The notes below the pieces were generated by a model, which was not told the DNA's origin, did no database searches, and saw only the letters and a program-made list of their open reading frames with translations. DNA of 64,000 nt from a virus (taxonomy: Duplodnaviria > Caudoviricetes), in IMG/VR virus record IMGVR_UViG_3300029705_000042. One strand, 5' to 3'. Shown here piece after piece: positions 61,032-64,000 of the stretch; positions within the stretch are counted from its first letter, which is position 1; the number at the start of each line of letters is the position of its first letter. The position numbers and the translations under genes are program-made.

Positions 61032-61853
61032 ATGGCTTTTAATAAGAATGAAGTTGTTCTTGAGAAAGTGCGTCAGGCAAGTTATTATAACTTGGAAGAC
61101 GGCAAACTTGAACTTAGAATTACCAGTATTGAAGACCCCTCTTTGGGTTGTACAGCAGAGGGTGAAGAGGTAACTGATGCTATCGGTTCTCTTATCACAA
61201 CGATTTATAGAGCTAAGAAGGCGACATTCGGCGGTAGTAACTCCCTCATGTCCTTTGACCTTGCTGCTGCTCAGTACGGTACAAAGAAAGAGGTTGCTTC
61301 TGCTGATAACAAGATTGTCAACTATGCATATGAGATTCTTGAAGTTACTACCACGGAAACTGGCGAAGGTGAAAATAAGGTTGTAACCGTAAACCCTGTA
61401 AAGCTTAAGAATGTACCTAAGGTAGATAGCATTAAGTATATTTATAGCATTGAGAGTGGCGAGATTGGCGCCCATTACAAGGTTAATAATGCTGCAGCTT
61501 CTGAGAATGAGTGCTTTGTAGCTGACGACGGCACTATTACTCTTCCTTCTGCTGTAACTTCTGGTAAGGTATATGTTGAGTATGCATATGAGACGGAAAA
61601 TGCTGTTCGTGTAGTAAACCGTGCGTCTCAGTTCCCGACTGCTGGTAGACTTGTAATTCTCGCTTACTTCAGAGATAAGTGCACGGATAAGGTATATTCT
61701 GGTGCTGTAGTTTGTCCCAAGGCAAAACTCAATCCTGAATCTGTAGAGCTTGCTCTTACTTCTACTGGTAAGCATCCTTTCGAGTTTACCATGATGAGAG
61801 ATTACTGCGATGAGCTTAACGACGAGCTGTTCGAAATCATCCTCAGCGAGTAA
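61032..61853 (+). CDS. Putative major tail tube protein
   Basis: 273 aa, T/S/A/V-rich, biased codons, followed by a terminator. Confidence 0.6.
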   Translation: MAFNKNEVVLEKVRQASYYNLEDGKLELRITSIEDPSLGCTAEGEEVTDAIGSLITTIYRAKKATFGGSNSLMSFDLAAAQYGTKKEVASADNKIVNYAYEILEVTTTETGEGENKVVTVNPVKLKNVPKVDSIKYIYSIESGEIGAHYKVNNAAASENECFVADDGTITLPSAVTSGKVYVEYAYETENAVRVVNRASQFPTAGRLVILAYFRDKCTDKVYSGAVVCPKAKLNPESVELALTSTGKHPFEFTMMRDYCDELNDELFEIILSE

Positions 61854-61888
61854 TATATTAATAGAAATTATAAGTTTCAAATATATAT

Positions 61889-61911
61889 GAGTAGGGGGTA
61901 AACCCCTACTC
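61889..61911 (+). terminator. Hairpin terminator
   Basis: GAGTAGGGG-GTAAA-CCCCTACTC. Confidence 0.6.
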
Positions 61912-61936
61912 TATGTATTTAATCGGAGGTAAACAG

Positions 61937-62374
61937 ATGGCAGAAAAAAATAACGCTACTTGTTCAATTTGCGGCAACGAATATTATGTTTGTCTTTCGT
62001 GTAAAGATGCAATAAAGCTTCACCCTTGGAAGATTCATTGTTGTTCAGCAGATTGTTTCAAGGTTTCCCAAGTGGTTAGAGGGTTTTCTACTAATGTATA
62101 TACCAAGGACGAGTTTAAGTCTAAGTTGAAGAACATTGATTTGAGTAACTTGGAAAATTATAGAGAACATATTAAAGCATTGATTAAAGATGCTTTAAAA
62201 GAAGAAAAATTTGTTGAAGATATTGTAACTATTGAAGAAACGGTTAAAAATGTTACAACAGATGAAGATATAGTTGTTGAAAATATTGTAGAGATTGAAA
62301 AGACTGAAACTGCTGAAAATATTATAAAGCCAACTATATCTCGTAAGAGAAATTATAAGGTAGAAACAGAGTAA
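61937..62374 (+). CDS. Zn-finger hypothetical protein
   Basis: CSIC...CLSC...CCSADC; start at 61937 behind GGAGG. Confidence 0.6.
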   Translation: MAEKNNATCSICGNEYYVCLSCKDAIKLHPWKIHCCSADCFKVSQVVRGFSTNVYTKDEFKSKLKNIDLSNLENYREHIKALIKDALKEEKFVEDIVTIEETVKNVTTDEDIVVENIVEIEKTETAENIIKPTISRKRNYKVETE

Positions 62375-62544
62375 TATTCTTTTCTATTATTTTTATGTGT
62401 GTGAATTAAGTTAAATCATAAACGAAAGGATATATTGTATTATAAAAAATTCACACGCATTTATTAAAACAATATATCCTTTTTTTTACGATTTAACTCT
62501 TAATGTAAGAAATATTTGAAAATTAATGAAAGGTAGAAAGAAAA

Positions 62545-62775
62545 ATGAAAGTATTTTCATCAACAACAGGTAAAAATTACGAAGTTGAGGAATCGACACA
62601 TTATAGAAATATGGCTCAATGTGCATTTATGCTAAGCAAAGTAGATTGTGAGCTGCTAGATGTTTTTGAAAATAACGGAAAAATTGTTATGGTCTTCCCT
62701 CGTTGGATGCACGAGAAGTATATTCGTGAATGGTCTGAACGACCTCATGAAATGAAGGATAAGAATAATGGCTAA
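62545..62775 (+). CDS. Small DUF5659-like protein
   Basis: RNMAQCAFML...IVMVFPR...YIREW. Confidence 0.45.
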   Translation: MKVFSSTTGKNYEVEESTHYRNMAQCAFMLSKVDCELLDVFENNGKIVMVFPRWMHEKYIREWSERPHEMKDKNNG

Positions 62776-63316
62776 GAATGAAGGTAAAAAATTTGAATCA
62801 ATTTTAAAGTCTAATTCCCCCTCTTATCTAAAAATGGTCAGAATTCCAGACCCACCCCAAAGTTTTGTTCAAAGAGATGACACTAAGTTTTCTCATCAGA
62901 ATCCTTATGACTTTGAAGCATACGATAGTCTTCACAGAATATCATATTCATTAGAATTAAAGTCAACATCTCAAAAGTATCTTTCTTATCATACTTGTGA
63001 AAAGGATGAAAAAGATGGTAAGAATGCTATGATTCAATGGCATCAAATTAAAGGGTTAACTATAGCTTCTGAATACGACAATTGCATCGCAGGATTTATG
63101 TTTAATTTCAGATTAGATAATGGTGAACAATTGTTGTACTTTATGAATATAAAAGATTTTAACAAGTTTAGACAAAGCACAAATAAGAAATCTCTAAATA
63201 TTTTAGATATCTCCCTTGGTGGTGGCATTAAAATCAATGGGGAGAAATTGAGAAAAAATTACAGATGGAATTTAGATGAGTTTTTTAAATCTCAATCTAA
63301 AATCTATCCATTATAA
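62768..63316 (+). CDS. recU: RecU-like Holliday junction resolvase
   Basis: NEGKKFE...RIPD...PYDF...ELKST...HQIKGL (PD-(D/E)xK fold). Confidence 0.7.
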   Translation: MAKNEGKKFESILKSNSPSYLKMVRIPDPPQSFVQRDDTKFSHQNPYDFEAYDSLHRISYSLELKSTSQKYLSYHTCEKDEKDGKNAMIQWHQIKGLTIASEYDNCIAGFMFNFRLDNGEQLLYFMNIKDFNKFRQSTNKKSLNILDISLGGGIKINGEKLRKNYRWNLDEFFKSQSKIYPL

Positions 63317-63392
63317 CAAATAAGTAGATAATTAATAAAATAAAATAAAAATTTTATGTGAAAATATAAGAAAGGTTTGAAATGGTGAAAAT

Positions 63393-64000
63393 ATGAAAAA
63401 CATTAAAACAGGAGCTTATTTTTACAACGACGAAGCCCGCAATTTTAATTTTGCAACTGACCTCTCGGCTTATAAAAAAATGATGTTTGTAAACTATGTC
63501 GTTAATTCAATCATTGACGATGACCGCTATGATTCTATAGTAAGAGATATGATTTTTGATTTTGGTCTGGTCTCTATCTTTACAGATATCAATACTTCCT
63601 TTATTAACACTACGGACGATGATGGTAATTCTATTAACCCCATTATCTTTATTGAGCAGTTTCTTGAAGAAACTAATGTTGTAGATATTGTAAAAGCAAA
63701 TATGGAAATCGGTCTTCTTGACGAACTTAATAAGGCAGTAGACAAGTCGATTGAATATCGTACTGGTATTCACCCCTCTCCTCTCAACGAAGCTCTTGCG
63801 AGTCTTGCATCTACTCTTGAAAAGAAGATTAATGAATTTGATATGGGTAGCATGATGGACATGGCACAGAAGTTTGCTGGTATGACTGATGAACTTACTC
63901 CTGAGAGTATTATGAATGCTTATATAAATAGCGATATGCATAAGAAGAATTTGGAAGAGGTTGCTGAAGCTAAGAAAGATAATGACGAAGTTGTTGATGA
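63393..64000 (+). CDS. Hypothetical protein, runs off the window end
   Basis: Open frame from ATG 63393 (MKNIKTGAYFYNDEARNF...) to the edge. Confidence 0.6.
   Translation, partial: MKNIKTGAYFYNDEARNFNFATDLSAYKKMMFVNYVVNSIIDDDRYDSIVRDMIFDFGLVSIFTDINTSFINTTDDDGNSINPIIFIEQFLEETNVVDIVKANMEIGLLDELNKAVDKSIEYRTGIHPSPLNEALASLASTLEKKINEFDMGSMMDMAQKFAGMTDELTPESIMNAYINSDMHKKNLEEVAEAKKDNDEVVD

Noticed and set aside
61014-61880. 288-aa minus-strand ORF, and the many other antisense ORFs in the track
   Set aside because: These are shadows of codon-biased sense genes, with no RBS or recognisable motifs.
1-64000. Reverse transcriptase, DGR, retron, IS or cas genes
   Set aside because: No YADD/RT, DDE, TnpB or Cas motifs were recognised in any ORF.

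Overview
The window looks like part of a large, AT-rich, SPbeta-like tailed phage or prophage of a Firmicute host; the lineage is inferred from gene content and order. Left arm (1 to about 40.2 kb, all on the minus strand): about 100 small accessory/early genes. They include a pncA + prs-like + NAMPT-like NAD operon, a macrodomain, a radical SAM enzyme with two ETNSSSTHS-motif partners, a SprT protease, a DUF262 protein, a tyrosine recombinase, an ArdA-like protein and tRNA-Leu. A 2.1-kb non-coding strand-switch region follows. Right arm (plus strand): a YonO-like single-subunit RNA polymerase, HU, tRNA-Thr, a phosphoesterase, terminase, portal, a GIY-YIG endonuclease, protease/scaffold, capsid, head-tail and tail genes, and a RecU-like resolvase. 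Two non-coding punctuation systems stand out. (1) From 33.9 to 40.3 kb, 12 predicted self-cleaving ribozymes of three classes (6 hammerhead, 2 pistol, 4 twister) sit at most gene junctions of one early transcript. Most hammerhead and pistol products would begin with a short 5' hairpin ahead of the next RBS. (2) From 1.6 to 32.3 kb, at least 33 perfect TAAAA-N6-TTTTA palindromes mark gene boundaries. Two genes are flanked by direct repeats sharing the same 6-bp spacer, which suggests an integron-like gene-cassette system possibly driven by the resident tyrosine recombinase. The terminase large subunit also carries an in-frame TAG near its N-terminus. All calls were made by eye; no database searches were run.
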